A stretch of DNA of 32,000 nt from Candidatus Micrarchaeum sp. (GTDB lineage: Archaea > Micrarchaeota > Micrarchaeia > Micrarchaeales > Micrarchaeaceae), in the NCBI RefSeq assembly GCF_016806735.1, contig NZ_CP060530.1, positions 510,001 to 542,000 on the forward strand, read 5' to 3'. The position numbers were made by a program, and so were the translations under genes. Below the pieces are notes generated by a model. The model saw only the letters and a list, made by a program, of their open reading frames with translations, had not been told where the DNA came from and made no database searches. This document shows positions 31,222 through 32,000 of this stretch, piece after piece; positions within the stretch are counted from its first letter, which is position 1; every line of letters begins with the position of its first letter.

Positions 31222-32000
31222 ATGAAGAATGATAAAAGGATTTTAAAATGTGCATTTTCAATAGGCGATGTCAAGGTAAAGGGTGCATCGTTATACAGGG
31301 TTAGCGCTCCCATGACCGAGCCTTTTTCGATATCTCTAGGCACGCAGTATGACTTTGACGGCCTTTTCGTAGAGCTCGATGGAGAATCGGAAAAGGGCTA
31401 TGGTGAATGCAGCACCATACCCGAAATAACCGGGGAGTATACTGGTGCAGCCCTGGAAACCGCGCAGAGTATAATTCTGTCCATAAACGGCAGGGCTTAT
31501 GAGAGCCTTGAGGATTTTTCCGAAAGCATTACAAAAATAATACATGGGAGCAGTGCAGTAAAGAATGCAATAGAAATGGCTGCGCACGACCTGTACGCAA
31601 GATCCAATTCCATCCATGTTGCCAAGCTGCTTGGAGGCTCAATGAAGCCCGCGGAGACTAGCGTGACAATAACTCTCGGCAGCGTTAAGGATGCATTAAA
31701 GCAATTGGAATCGATACAGAAGAAAAAGCCGAAGGACATAAAGATGAAGATAGGGGTTGACGCCAATCTTGACATAGCCAGAATAAAGGCAGTGTCGGAA
31801 AGGCTTAAGGGCGAAAAATTTTATGTAGATGCAAACCAGGGATATTCGTTGCAAGATGCCATAAAAGTCGGCAAGGTACTTAATGACGTAGGTGCTGCAT
31901 TCTTTGAGCAGCCAATGGACTATAGGGACCTTGCAAAAATGGCATATTTGCGAAAACAAACCGGAATACCAATAATGCTGGACGAAAGCATAGTTAGCCC
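31222..32000 (+). CDS. Enolase-superfamily enzyme, MLE subgroup (dipeptide epimerase / N-acyl-amino-acid racemase-like), partial
   Basis: Absent from the ORF track because it has no stop in the window. My translation is stop-free: MKNDKRILKCAFSIGDVKVKGASLYRVSAPMTEPFSISLG...KGYGEC...AIEMAAHDL...DIKMKIGVD (K-x-K)...FYVDANQGY (metal Asp)...FFEQP (metal Glu)...IMLDESIVS (metal Asp). It starts 1 nt after the aminotransferase stop. Confidence 0.8.
   Translation, partial: MKNDKRILKCAFSIGDVKVKGASLYRVSAPMTEPFSISLGTQYDFDGLFVELDGESEKGYGECSTIPEITGEYTGAALETAQSIILSINGRAYESLEDFSESITKIIHGSSAVKNAIEMAAHDLYARSNSIHVAKLLGGSMKPAETSVTITLGSVKDALKQLESIQKKKPKDIKMKIGVDANLDIARIKAVSERLKGEKFYVDANQGYSLQDAIKVGKVLNDVGAAFFEQPMDYRDLAKMAYLRKQTGIPIMLDESIVS

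Noticed and set aside
1-32000. Search for tRNA, rRNA, CRISPR arrays, IS elements/integrases, and TPP or fluoride riboswitch cores in the intergenic regions.
   Set aside because: I saw no T-loop-like GGTTCGAATCC-type sequences, no regularly spaced direct repeats, no transposase- or integrase-like ORFs and no CUGAGA/ACCUGA riboswitch cores in the spacers. The intergenic regions are short and look like A/T-rich promoters. This was a by-eye search only.

Overview
This is a densely coding segment with about 37 protein genes, mostly with short or overlapping junctions. I found no rRNA, tRNA, CRISPR array, transposase or integrase. All family calls come from reading motifs in the supplied translations and in my own hand translations; no database search was possible.

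The segment looks archaeal and most resembles a Thermoplasmata/Thermoplasmatales-type organism. The evidence:
- Archaeal-type TyrRS and TrpRS are present.
- A/T-rich TATA-like boxes sit about 25-35 nt upstream of several start codons.
- GGTG Shine-Dalgarno-like boxes sit 5-6 nt upstream of other start codons.
- ATA (Ile) and AGG/AGA (Arg) codons are used heavily.
- All three enzyme families of the Thermoplasma-type mevalonate route are present.

Gene content from left to right:
- three same-strand MFS transporters (the first runs off the window start);
- a HAD hydrolase;
- a stomatin/SPFH protein with a Gln-rich tail;
- an unlisted 47-codon zinc-ribbon gene;
- an FMN reductase;
- two small membrane proteins;
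- a ferritin-domain VIT1/CCC1 transporter;
- tyrS plus a YjjX-type ITPase;
- an orphan two-gene cassette;
- a heme block, with chdC(hemQ)-hemH convergent on trpS-hemC-hemD-hemE;
- a SAM methyltransferase plus a stand-alone tRNA-binding domain protein;
- an FKBP isomerase;
- an ABC-2 transporter pair;
- a pirin;
- a membrane protein and a NifX-like small protein;
- an S66 LD-carboxypeptidase-like peptidase;
- a three-gene mevalonate-3-kinase-route operon;
- a GT-C-like glycosyltransferase;
- an operon of APC permease, class-III aminotransferase-fold protein and enolase-superfamily epimerase (the last runs off the window end).

The observations most worth a second look:
- A bacterial-style coproporphyrin-dependent heme branch in an archaeal context.
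- The permease/aminotransferase/epimerase operon taken together with the S66 peptidase, as a possible scavenging route for D-amino-acid peptides.
- The mevalonate genes packed into one operon.
- The orphan translationally coupled pair divergent from chdC.
- The hidden zinc-ribbon gene.
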